Source: an uncultured delta proteobacterium (GTDB lineage: Bacteria > Myxococcota_A > Polyangia > Polyangiales > Polyangiaceae). From it: a DNA stretch of 64,000 bases. Positions 1 to 13,330 of this stretch are shown in pieces. The first letter of the stretch is position 1. Every line of letters begins with the position of its first letter. Location: positions 4,192,001-4,256,000 of the forward strand of contig CAWDXG010000004.1 of assembly GCA_963806225.1 (NCBI GenBank). The letters run 5' to 3'. The position numbers and the translations under genes are program-made. A model generated the notes under the pieces. The model ran no database searches. It was not told where the DNA came from and worked only from the letters and a program-made list of their open reading frames with translations.

Positions 1-1469
<1,469 letters not shown>

Positions 1470-1615
1470 CGGGCCCAGCTCCGGGCGCAGGCGGGGAGTG
1501 TGGATTCGCTTGCCGGGTGCGCTCGATATGGCAGCGTACAGGCCTGATGGCCGGAAACCGCTTTGTCGGAAATCAAAACCGTGGTTTCATGTCGCGGCTT
1601 TACGAGAGGTGAATC

Positions 1616-2284
1616 ATGCGTTCGAAATTCTTCACAATGGGTCTTGGTGTGCTGGCGATCGCAGCGTGGGGGCTGCCGGCGTGCAGCAGTAGCACCACCG
1701 GCGGCGGCGGCGGCACAGGTGGCGGCACGGCCGGCACGGGTGGCACTGCGGGAACGGGCGGCACGGGCGGCACCGCCGGCACGGCCGGCACTGCGGGAAC
1801 GGGCGGAACGGCCGGCACGGCGGGCACCGGTGGCACCGGCGGCTCCACGATGACCTGCGGTACCGCGACGTGCTCGGGTCTGGCGGTGACCGGGGTCGGA
1901 CAGCTAGCTGCATGCTGCCCGACTGGGACCAAAGACAAGTGCGGGCTCGACCTGTCATCGCTCGGCGGCCAGGGCTGCATCGAGAAGAACCAGGCGGGCG
2001 ATCTGGACAGCGAATGTCCTCCGACGACCATCCAGGGAGTGCTCACGCTGCAGGGGTGCTGCAAACCCGACACGAATACCTGCGGCAATCTCCTGAACGA
2101 CCTCGGCCCCATTAGCGTCGGGCTGGGTTGCGTCGATCCGAGCTCCGTGGGCTTCACGCCCGAGGGCGGCGTGAAGAGCTGCACGCCGGGCGGCGGCGGC
2201 ACCGGCGGTACGGGCGGTACGGGTGGGACCGACGCGGGCACCGGCGGTACCGCCGGCGCGCCGAGCGACGCGGGCACCGACTGA
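1616..2284 (+). CDS. Lipoprotein with Gly/Thr-rich tethers and a Cys-rich domain
   Basis: SD GAGGT upstream; signal peptide with lipobox LPAC; GGTAGT repeats flank a CC-containing Cys-rich core. Confidence 0.8.
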   Translation: MRSKFFTMGLGVLAIAAWGLPACSSSTTGGGGGTGGGTAGTGGTAGTGGTGGTAGTAGTAGTGGTAGTAGTGGTGGSTMTCGTATCSGLAVTGVGQLAACCPTGTKDKCGLDLSSLGGQGCIEKNQAGDLDSECPPTTIQGVLTLQGCCKPDTNTCGNLLNDLGPISVGLGCVDPSSVGFTPEGGVKSCTPGGGGTGGTGGTGGTDAGTGGTAGAPSDAGTD

Positions 2285-2305
2285 CGAGCACGCGCTCCGT
2301 TCGTC

Positions 2306-2346
2306 ACAGGCCGTGGCAGCTCTGCTGTCACGGCCTGTCTCGTTTT
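2306..2346 (+). terminator. Intrinsic terminator
   Basis: ACAGGCCGTGGCAGC-TCT-GCTGTCACGGCCTGT stem followed by CTCGTTTT, just after the stop at 2284. Confidence 0.7.
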
Positions 2347-2402
2347 GTGCCTACCGCCGGTCAGTGAAGCGCCACGTTGCGAGGCAATCTGGGCCACTGC
2401 CC

Positions 2403-2430
2403 CTTGATCCGCGCACGCCCGGACTTAACT
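2403..2430 (+). promoter_or_regulatory. Candidate heat-shock (RpoH-like) promoter of clpB
   Basis: CTTG-N17-CTTAACT about 40 nt upstream of clpB; resembles CTTG-N17-CYTATNT with one mismatch. Confidence 0.3.
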
Positions 2431-2469
2431 TATCGAAAGCACGAAACGTGCCACGACGGAGAGCCCCTC

Positions 2470-5130
<2,661 letters not shown>

Positions 5131-6794
5131 CGGCGAATGCGCGGCTCGGCTGCCGCCTCCCCAGCTCCCACTCCAGGTCGCCCGCGGTTCCCGTCACTGC
5201 GAGGCGGCCGCCGTGCACGCCTTCCAGGTGGCACCAGGTGCACAGGGCGATGACGTTGTCGTCGTCGTCACTGCCGCCGTGTGACCGGAAGCGGACATGG
5301 TGCGGCGTCACATCGTGCCGCGAGCACACGGGGCTCGAGCACGTGTAGCGGTCGCGCGCGTAGATGTGGGCGTACTTCTCGCTTCGCTCGCCGAGGTGCC
5401 GCCACGCTTCCCAGAAGGTGTCGCACAGCAGGCGCGCGAAGCTCGTGCCGCGCGGCAGGTGCTTGTGCATCACGCCGGCGAGCGTCCGCCAGAAGCGCGC
5501 CGTGTCCCGCGCCACCCGCAGATCCATCCGCACGCCCGCCGCGCCGGCGCCGAGCCTGGCAGACATCTGGCCTTGTGCTTCGAGCACTGCGTCGCGGTCG
5601 CCCGAGAGCACCCGCGACTCCAATCGACGGATCTCCCGTAGCGTCTCCTCTGAGGGCGGCGTCACCCGCCCGCCGATGTCCCGCGAGAGCTCCGCGGCGC
5701 GCACGTCTTCTTCGAGGTGCTTCGCCGTGCGCGCCCTGGCTCGCTCGATCCAGGCTTCGGCCGTCTCCGCCGTCGCAACCCGCGAGATCAAGAGCGCCGC
5801 TTCGTAACCAATCTCGCCCGCACCCAGTGCGCCTCGCACCCGCGCACACCAGCGCCGCGCCAGCGCGAGCTTCGCTTTGAAGCTGGACGGCGAAATCCCG
5901 AGTCGCTCACGGACGTACTGCGACTCGCTCGCGTAGCCGAGCCGCCGCCAGCCTTCCGCTTCGTGGAACGCCCGCGCCGCGCGGCCCAGCTCGACCTCGC
6001 GCTGACCGAGCTCTCGCGAAAGCTGACCAATCCGCGCATCCAGCGCGTGCAGGCTCCCGGGCAGCTCGAAGACCGCCGCGGCGCTCTCCCCCCCGGGACC
6101 GCGCTCGGTGAAGTTCTTCTCGCAGCGCTTCTCCGATTCCTCGCGCCAGGCGCCGAGCTGCTGTCGCCATCTGGCTTGTGCGTCTGCCTCGCGCTCGCTC
6201 CAATCGAAGACCTCCAGGTCGTTTGCTGGCAGGACATGCGAGAGCGAGCTGAAGCTTTCCGAAAGCAGCGCGTGCACGAAGCCCTCTGTCGTGTGCTCTC
6301 CGAAAGCGTGCTCGGCGAAGCGTCGGGTCCACTGCCAGAGCCACGCATCCGCCGCGCCCAGTGTCACGCCGAGCGTTACCCTCTCGAGATCACCGGAATG
6401 GACGCGATCGCTCCAGAGCGCGACATCTGCCGCGGACATCTGGCCCGACCCGACCAGCAACGCCCGCATCTCGCGCACGGTCGAGCCGAGCGCCAGCTCC
6501 GTCAGCCCCGCGTCCGTGTTCGGCGTCGCGTGGCGCGCGACGAGCTCCGCCATGCACCAGCCGAGCGCGCCGCCCGAGAGCGCCGCGCGGAGCTGCGGCA
6601 GCTTTGCCACCCGCTCGGCGAGCAGGCGCGACTCGTTGGCCCAGCGCGCACTCCGGCCAGAGCGCTCGCGCGCATACGCGCCGAGCGAGGAGAACCCGAG
6701 CTCGTGATGGCCGTTTCGCCGCGCGAGCAGCTCCAGCAGCTCGCCCAGCATGAGCCGCGTCCGGCTCTCGCCCCGCACCAGCTCGGCCAGCCGC

Positions 6795-7060
6795 GCGTCG
6801 AGTCGCACGACCCCATCCGGCGCGGCCGAGCGCGCCCGGCGCACCCCCGCATTGGACGGCCGCGCGTCGAACCGCACCATCCCATCCGGCGGTGCCGCAC
6901 TCGTCGACCGCACCCCCGCACTCGTCGACCGCACAACTCCATCCGGCGGTGCCGCGCGCGCCCGGCGCACCCCCGCACTCGTCGACCGCACAACTCCATC
7001 CGGCGGTGCCGCGCGCGCCCGGCGCACCCCCGCATTGGACGGCCGCACCGAAGCGACGGC
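6795..7060 (-). repeat. In-frame ~57-bp tandem repeats in the HNH N-terminus
   Basis: Encodes repeated AGVRRARAAPPDGVVRSTS-like units; copy 2 has only one such unit. Confidence 0.8.
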
Positions 7061-7081
7061 GCCCCCAGAAAACATGAGAAT

Positions 7082-7110
7082 AGCGTAATGAGTACTGAAC
7101 ACTTGTCAAG
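7082..7110 (-). promoter_or_regulatory. Leaderless sigma70 promoter overlapped by a LexA-like box
   Basis: Minus strand TTGACA-N16-TACGCT-N6-ATG; CTTGAC-AAGT-GTTCAG at 7095-7110 overlaps the -35. Confidence 0.7.
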
Positions 7111-7159
7111 TGTAAGATGAAGAAATCATCCGGGCCAGCCCGGGGCCGCGCCCCGGCTT

Positions 7160-8010
7160 CTCGAAGGCGCCCGCAACCCACGGCTCGAACGAGCCCGACA
7201 CCACCCGCGACTCGACACGGAGCTGACGCCGCCCCCGACTCGACACCGGCCCAACCCCCCACGCGCGACTCGACACCCTGCAGCGCCGCCCCGCATCTCG
7301 AAGGCGCCCGCCGCCCCCGACTCGACACCGGCCCAACCCCCCACGCGCGACTCGACACCCTGCAGCGCCGCCCCGCATCTCGAAGGCGCCCGCCGCCCCC
7401 GACTCGACACCGGCCCAACCCCCCACGCGCGACTCGACACCCTGCGGCGCCGCCCCCGCATCTCGAAGGCGCCCGCCACGCGCGACTCGACACCCTGCAG
7501 CGCCGCCCCGCATCTCGAAGGCGCCCGCCGCCCCCGACTCGACACCGGCCCAACCCCCCACGCGCGACTCGACACCCTGCAGCGCCGCCCCGCATCTCGA
7601 AGGCGCCCGCCGCCCCCGACTCGACACCGGCCCAACCCCCCACGCGCGACTCGACACCCTGCAGCGCCGCCCCGCATCTCGAAGGCGCCCGCCGCCCCCG
7701 ACTCGACACCGGCCCAACCCCCCACGCGCGACTCGACACCCTGCGGCGCCGCCCCCGCATCTCGAAGGCGCCCGCCACGCGCGACTCGACACGGAGCCCG
7801 CCACGCGCGACTCGACACCCTGCGGCGCCGCCCCCGCATCTCGAAGGCGCCCGCCGCGCGCGACTCGACACGGAGCCCGCCACGCGCGACTCGACACCCT
7901 GCGGCGCCGCCCCCGCATCTCGAAGGCGCCCGCCACGCGCGACTCGACACGGAGCCCGCCACGCGCGACTCGACACCGAGCCCGCCGCGCGCGACTCGAC
8001 ACCGAGCCCG
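7160..8010. repeat. Modular tandem repeat array with 21 GACTCGACAC anchors
   Basis: Anchors counted at 7209, 7237, 7267, 7319, 7349, 7401, 7431, 7484, 7536, 7566, 7618, 7648, 7700, 7730, 7783, 7809, 7862, 7888, 7941, 7967, 7993. Modules are 30, 52/53 and 26 bp; the A+B period is 82 bp. Confidence 0.95.
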
Positions 8011-8174
8011 CCCAGGTTTGGTGTGGCTCGTTGCTCCCGCACACCCTTGCGTTCGCGAGGGCGTTGTCGATGCGCGTCGAACCGCTCCGCCCGTTGCGAA
8101 TGTCCCATCGTCGAACAGCCGCTCCAGCTCGAGCCTGACGAGGTGTAGGCAACGAGCGGGATGCGGTCACGATG

Positions 8175-8813
8175 TCAGCGGTGGGTCTCGGCGTACCAGA
8201 TGAACAGCGCCATGAGAGCCAGAGAGACCATCACGGTGAGCGCGAGGCCGGGCTTGTGTTTCAGGGGAAGTGGGCGGGGCTGGTGGCGGGATCGTTGCTC
8301 TTCCTGGCGTGCGTGGATCCGGGCAAGCTCTTCGGTCTCGATGAGCCCGAACGTGCGATCACAGGTGAGCACCCCCCGGTCGAAATCGCGGAGCAGCGAG
8401 GCAAGCCACTCGTCGGCGCTGGTCGCGAGCACTTCCACATAGTCGTCGTCATGGGCGACCATCAGCACGCGCCCGTCACGGTCGTCGATCATGATGTGCT
8501 GGCCCGCGCCATCGCCGGCAATGGCAATCCACTCGGGCTCGACCCAGTATCCGTCCGGCTCGGCGCGGATCTCGTCGGCGATGCGAAGGGCATCACGGGC
8601 GTCTGCGAGCGAGCAGAACGAATGCGAGAGAACGGCAGGCAGGGTGTTCGCCTGACCGTTGGTAGCAGCGAACCACCGCCGTGCATGCCCGCCGGAGAAG
8701 CGGTCCTCGAGCGACGCCCATGCGTCTGAGCCAGCGGACGGACGTAGCTCGATCGCGTGCTCCGGGGGAAAGCGATCGACAAGTTTCGCGAGCAGCGTGG
8801 AGAGATCACTCAC
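8175..8813 (-). CDS. SMI1/KNR4 (SUKH) family protein with a C-terminal TM helix
   Basis: LRPSA..ASLE..WFAATNGQ..FCSLADA..WIAIAGDGAGQHIMIDDRDGRVLMVAHD; hydrophobic C-terminus. Confidence 0.75.
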   Translation of the reverse strand: MSDLSTLLAKLVDRFPPEHAIELRPSAGSDAWASLEDRFSGGHARRWFAATNGQANTLPAVLSHSFCSLADARDALRIADEIRAEPDGYWVEPEWIAIAGDGAGQHIMIDDRDGRVLMVAHDDDYVEVLATSADEWLASLLRDFDRGVLTCDRTFGLIETEELARIHARQEEQRSRHQPRPLPLKHKPGLALTVMVSLALMALFIWYAETHR

Positions 8814-9136
8814 GGTCTAGCCCGCGGATGGTCACACCCGACACCTGCGGGTTCAAGGGCCACGAGCTGAACCTGATACGCTTGCACGAGACCGCGGACC
8901 ATTCGGCGACACCCGGGCTTGCGCCCTCGAGCAGGATCAGCGCCCGCGAAGCCTACGCGCTCTACGCTGCTCACGGCGAGCCGTTCCGCGCCGCGGCCCG
9001 GCTCCGGGGTTCTGTTCTCCGGCAAGGGTACCGACCGCGAGCACCCGCGGCGCCGGGCGGGTGAGTGCGGCCGGCGCAGCCCATAGTATCGCAGCGCCTG
9101 TGATGGGAGTGCCGGGCACGCCGCGCCGAGGCGCAA

Positions 9137-9709
9137 CTAGCTGCCCAGGCGGGCGCTGGCCAGCACGCCGTATTCGCTGCCTGTGGGCTTGAGCACGGAG
9201 CGGTAGAGCCGGAGCTCGTTGAAGCAGAGCTCGATCGGTTCGAAGTGCGCGGCCTCGACGAGATCGCTCGCGTCGCCCGGGCGCTTGATGCGGGCCAGCG
9301 TCACGTGAGCGCGGAAGTCGCGGGTCTCGCGCGGCACACCGATCTCCTCCGCGACGGCTTCGAGGCGTTCGGCCAGCGCAACGATGATCCCGCCTTCGTC
9401 CGCAACGTGCGCGACCAGCACGCGCGCGCGCCGCACGCTGGCGAACGCGCCGAGCTCGTCGATCCGCGTATTCGCGGCGGGCGTGCCAACGCCGAGCTGT
9501 TCCACCGCCGACGAGAGCGCGGCGACGTGCTCCTCGTCGATCGAGCCCAGGAACTTGAGCGTGACGTGCAGCTGCTCGCGGGTCGTCCAGCGCGGGTGCA
9601 GGCGCGAGCGATCCGCGCGCCGTTTCATCCGCGCCTGCACCTCGAGCAGGGCATCGATGGCCGCGTCGGGCACCGGCAGCGCGAAGAACGCGCGGATGCG
9701 CTCGCTCAT
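9137..9709 (-). CDS. thpR: RNA 2',3'-cyclic phosphodiesterase
   Basis: RAFFAL start and two HxT motifs (LHVTLKFLG, AHVTLAR); ATGA overlap with cinA. Confidence 0.92.
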   Translation of the reverse strand: MSERIRAFFALPVPDAAIDALLEVQARMKRRADRSRLHPRWTTREQLHVTLKFLGSIDEEHVAALSSAVEQLGVGTPAANTRIDELGAFASVRRARVLVAHVADEGGIIVALAERLEAVAEEIGVPRETRDFRAHVTLARIKRPGDASDLVEAAHFEPIELCFNELRLYRSVLKPTGSEYGVLASARLGS

Positions 9710-10950
9710 TTCTGGTGCCCGTGCAGGAGCACGCTGCGGATCAGCGCGAGTCCGGCAAAGGCACTGATGCGCTGGACCTGGGCGCGGGAGCCGGGCCACA
9801 CCATCCGGCGATCGCTGGTGCCGCCTGCTGTCGCAACCGCGTAGTGCACGAGGCCAACGGGTTTCTCCGGCGTGCCGCCGGTCGGGCCGGCGATCCCCGT
9901 CAGCGCGAGCGTGATGTCCACGCCCAGAAGCCGTCGCGCGCCTTCGGCCATGGCGCGGGCGACCTCGCTGCTGACCGCGCCCTTCGACTCGATCAGCGCG
10001 GGCGGAACGCCGAGCACCTGCTGCTTGATGGTGTTGGCGTAGCTGACGACGCCGCCCGCGAAGTACGCGCTCGCTCCAGAGCGCTCGGTAAGCAGCGCTG
10101 CTGCCTGTCCCCCCGTGCACGATTCGGCCAGACCCAGCATCCAGCCACGCTCTTCCAGCAGCCCGCCCAGCGCTTCGGAGAATGTGACGTCTCCTTCGCC
10201 GTAGACAGTGTCCGGCCCCAGGCGCCCGCGCACCTCGTCGGCGGCTCCCCGGGCACGCCGCTCCGCTTCCTCGCGCGAGGTGGCCCGTGCCAGCAGCTTG
10301 ACCTCTATCTCCGGAAAGTGCGCGCGGTAGCCGATGACGACGTTGTGCTCGTCCTCGATGCCGGCGAGCCGGTCGTTGACCCCCGATTCGGTCATGCCGA
10401 ACGTCTTGAGCCGCACCTGGACCAAGCGCTCTTCCACCAGCGGCTCGATCTCCGGTGCGACCAGCTCGCCGAACATCGTTTTCATTTCGCGCGGCACGCC
10501 CGGCAGGAAGAAGGCGTGGGCGCGTGGTAGCCGGATCGCGAACCCGGGCGCGGTGCCTTTGCGGTTCGGCAGCACGCTTGCGCCGCGCGGGAAATCCGCT
10601 TGCTTCTCGTTCGATGCGGCCATCTTGCGGCCGAAGCGCTCCATGCGCTTCCTGATCGCGGCGAGCGACTCCGCATCGCGCTCGAGCGGCACGCCGAGCA
10701 CCGCCGCCGCGCACTCGCTGGTGATGTCGTCGGTGGTGGGACCGAGACCGCCAGTCGACACGATCACCTCGTGCTCGCTCCCCATGCGCGCGAGCGTGCT
10801 CTGGATACGCGAGCGGTCGTCGTCGACGCACTCCACTTCCGTCACCTCGAAGCCGAGCCCGGTCAGCGTTTCGGACAGCCAGGTCGCGTTCGTGTTGACG
10901 ATCTCGCCCCGTGTGAGCTCTGTTCCGATGCACAGCACTGCCGCGGTCAT
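9706..10950 (-). CDS. cinA: Competence/damage-inducible protein CinA (MocF + NMN deamidase)
   Basis: IGTELTRGEIVNTN, TGGLGPTTDDIT, LPGVPREM, AESCTGG, GAVSSEVARAMAEG. Confidence 0.95.
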   Translation of the reverse strand: MTAAVLCIGTELTRGEIVNTNATWLSETLTGLGFEVTEVECVDDDRSRIQSTLARMGSEHEVIVSTGGLGPTTDDITSECAAAVLGVPLERDAESLAAIRKRMERFGRKMAASNEKQADFPRGASVLPNRKGTAPGFAIRLPRAHAFFLPGVPREMKTMFGELVAPEIEPLVEERLVQVRLKTFGMTESGVNDRLAGIEDEHNVVIGYRAHFPEIEVKLLARATSREEAERRARGAADEVRGRLGPDTVYGEGDVTFSEALGGLLEERGWMLGLAESCTGGQAAALLTERSGASAYFAGGVVSYANTIKQQVLGVPPALIESKGAVSSEVARAMAEGARRLLGVDITLALTGIAGPTGGTPEKPVGLVHYAVATAGGTSDRRMVWPGSRAQVQRISAFAGLALIRSVLLHGHQK

Positions 10951-11086
10951 GCGCGGCATGGTAGCGCGGAGAACCGATGTGTTCCCGCGGCGTTGCCGGG
11001 CGTGTCGCATTCCAGCCTGGGTAGATCGACACACTGCACGCCTGCCACGTCTCGCTCCCTCGCCGTGGATCGGATACCACGAAGCG

Positions 11087-11896
11087 ATGCAGGTCTTCCG
11101 TGTCACCGCAGCGCTGCTTTTCGCGGTCGCGCTCGCGGGCTGCAGCAGCGGCTCGAACGGTGCAAGCGGTCAGGGAGGCAGCGGCGCCGGTGGAAGTGGT
11201 GCGGGGAGCGGCAGCGGCGGAAGCGGCGCGGCCACCGGCAGCGGCGGCAGCGGTGCGGGGAACGGCAGCGGCGGGTCGTCGGGCGGCGGTTGCACGGTCG
11301 GAGCCAGCGAGACCGGTGACGGCACCTACTACGCCGCCGACGGAAGCGGGAACTGCGGCTTCGACCCGAGCCCGAACGACCTGATGGTCGCCGCCATGAA
11401 CGACCCGGACTATGCGGGCTCCGCCGTGTGCGGCGAGTGCGTCCACGTCAAGGGACCGAGCGGCGAGGTCACGGTGCGCATCGTCGATCGCTGCCCCGAG
11501 TGCAAGCACGGCGATCTCGATCTCAGCCCGCAGGCGTTCGCGAAGCTCGCGGATCCCAAGCTCGGACGCGTCACCATCCACTGGACGCCGGTCGCGTGCG
11601 ATGTCCAGGGGCCCATCCGCTATCGCTTCAAGGAAGGTGCGAACCAGTGGTGGACGGCCGTCCAGGTCAGGAACCACCGCTACGCGATCGCGAAGTTCGA
11701 ATACCAGAAAGCCGGCAAGTGGGTGGCTGTACCTCGCGAGAGCTACAACTACTTCGTCGAGGCCTCTGGCATGGGCCCGGGCCCGTACAGCTTCCGCGTT
11801 GCCGACGTGAAGGGCCACGTGCTGACGGACCAGAACATCCCGCTGAAAGTTGCAGCGGAGGTCGCCGGCGCCGCGCAATTTCCGGGTTGTCCGTAG
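11087..11896 (+). CDS. Expansin (EXLX1/YoaJ-like) lipoprotein
   Basis: Lipobox LAGC and Gly/Ser linker, then GDGTYY, CGECV, VRIVDRCPEC..DLDLSPQAF, FKEGANQWW..QVRNHRY, YNYF. Confidence 0.9.
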   Translation: MQVFRVTAALLFAVALAGCSSGSNGASGQGGSGAGGSGAGSGSGGSGAATGSGGSGAGNGSGGSSGGGCTVGASETGDGTYYAADGSGNCGFDPSPNDLMVAAMNDPDYAGSAVCGECVHVKGPSGEVTVRIVDRCPECKHGDLDLSPQAFAKLADPKLGRVTIHWTPVACDVQGPIRYRFKEGANQWWTAVQVRNHRYAIAKFEYQKAGKWVAVPRESYNYFVEASGMGPGPYSFRVADVKGHVLTDQNIPLKVAAEVAGAAQFPGCP

Positions 11897-11980
11897 CGCG
11901 ATCCCGTGGTCGCGCGGTTGATCCGCATCACCTCGCGCCGCGCTTGAACGTCTCCTGGCGGCGGCCGTTGATTGTCGCCC

Positions 11981-12448
11981 ATGAAGATCCTCGACCGCGC
12001 GGGATTGTGTCTGGTGGTGGCATCGACCTTGCTGTTGGGGGCGTGCGGAGTTGCGACGGGGCCCCACATCCGCGTCGCCAATGCGCCGGCGGCAGAGCTG
12101 AAGGCGGCCGAGAACCAGGACAACGTCTGGTACGAATTCCAGCCGGGCGATGTCATACCGGTGCAGTTCGGATACCTCGGCGCACTGGAGGGCGGCTCGA
12201 GAGGCCCCGCGGCGTTCCGTGCCAAGCAGCACTTCTTCCTCGTCGCGTCGAAGCAAGGCCCCATGCAGCTCAGCTTCGACGGCAAGACGTTTGCCGGACC
12301 GAATGCCAGCCAATCCATCATCGCCGTCCTTCCGCGGAAATCGGGTCAGGGCGGCCAGCTCCTGTGGATCATCTACATGGGCGAGTCGGGAAACCCGAAA
12401 GCCGAGCTCCAGAAGGTCCTGGCCGAATCCGCGGACAAGGGACAGTAG
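11981..12448 (+). CDS. Hypothetical lipoprotein
   Basis: Lipobox LLGAC; high-GC3 codon usage. Confidence 0.7.
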   Translation: MKILDRAGLCLVVASTLLLGACGVATGPHIRVANAPAAELKAAENQDNVWYEFQPGDVIPVQFGYLGALEGGSRGPAAFRAKQHFFLVASKQGPMQLSFDGKTFAGPNASQSIIAVLPRKSGQGGQLLWIIYMGESGNPKAELQKVLAESADKGQ

Positions 12449-12454
12449 CCGCGC

Positions 12455-13330
12455 TCAGTGTCCGGCGGCGTACGCGCAGCGGAAGCCGATGTAGGGCTCG
12501 GGGCGCGAGCCGCTCTCCACCGACCAGCTCTTCAGGTCTGCCGCGACGCGCGAACGGTATGAACCGCCGCGTGCGACGAAGCGTCCGTCCGGTTCGGCCG
12601 TCCACTCCGCCACGTTGCCCGCCAGGTCCAGTGCGCCCTCGGGCGAGGCTCCATCCGGGCGCGCGCCCGCAAGCTCCGGCCCAGTTGCACCCTTTGCGCA
12701 CGGGCCCTCGACCAGACCGAACGCCACGCGCCGGCACACCAATCCGGTGGCGCCCCACGGATAGCGTCGGCCCTCTGGCCCCTCCGCCGCGAACAGCCAC
12801 TGGTCACCCGTCGGTAGCTGACCGCCTACGAAATGACAGAAGCGCTGCGCTTCCGTCGGGGAGACGTTGGTCACGGGGCGCCCCGGTTCGCGCATGTCGA
12901 CCGCGCGGCAGGTGCCCGCTGCCACGCACGTCTGCCACTCGTGGACCGTCACCTCGGCCGCGTCGAGCTCGAACGGTTCGACGTGTACGGTTCGCGGGCG
13001 GGAGTCGCCTGGCGCTTCCCAGTCACTGGCGCCGATGTGCAGCGTACCGCCGCTGTAGTCGATGCGCCGATCCGTCGCGACGCAGCCCGGGTGGTCGGCG
13101 AGCGTGCTCTGGGTCATGTCCGCGGCACACTGCGTGGGCTGGCCCGTGCATCGCCCGTCGTGCATCCGCTGGCCGACTCCGCAGCAGCGCGGGCCCAGGG
13201 CGACGAGGCCGGGCGGGCACCGCTCCGGTTGTCGCCGCTGGCGGCCCGCCAACTTCACGACAAGGAAGATCGCGCCGCCGCCGGCGATCAGCGCGGCAGC
13301 TGCGACGAGGATCAGGACGGGGCGTTTCAT
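12455..13330 (-). CDS. FGE-sulfatase (SUMF1/EgtB/PvdO) domain protein
   Basis: EVTVHEW, PVTNVS, LPTGDQW, RRYPWG, DLAGNVAEW, RGGSY, IGFRCA. Confidence 0.88.
   Translation of the reverse strand: MKRPVLILVAAAALIAGGGAIFLVVKLAGRQRRQPERCPPGLVALGPRCCGVGQRMHDGRCTGQPTQCAADMTQSTLADHPGCVATDRRIDYSGGTLHIGASDWEAPGDSRPRTVHVEPFELDAAEVTVHEWQTCVAAGTCRAVDMREPGRPVTNVSPTEAQRFCHFVGGQLPTGDQWLFAAEGPEGRRYPWGATGLVCRRVAFGLVEGPCAKGATGPELAGARPDGASPEGALDLAGNVAEWTAEPDGRFVARGGSYRSRVAADLKSWSVESGSRPEPYIGFRCAYAAGH

Noticed and set aside
7160..8010. CRISPR or TIGR-like guide array
   Set aside because: Sequences between anchors fall into three recurring types rather than unique spacers, and there are no cas genes.
6390..8170. 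Long ORFs crossing the repeat array (7117-8148 +; 6390-8108, 7106-8170 and 7126-7962 -)
   Set aside because: Open in several frames because the repeat lacks stop codons; the 82-bp period cycles frames; no protein-like composition.
8820..9070. 6S RNA (CACCTG..GGTTCAA resemblance)
   Set aside because: The complementary TGAACC is local, no long rod structure is evident, and the usual zapA/rny context is absent.
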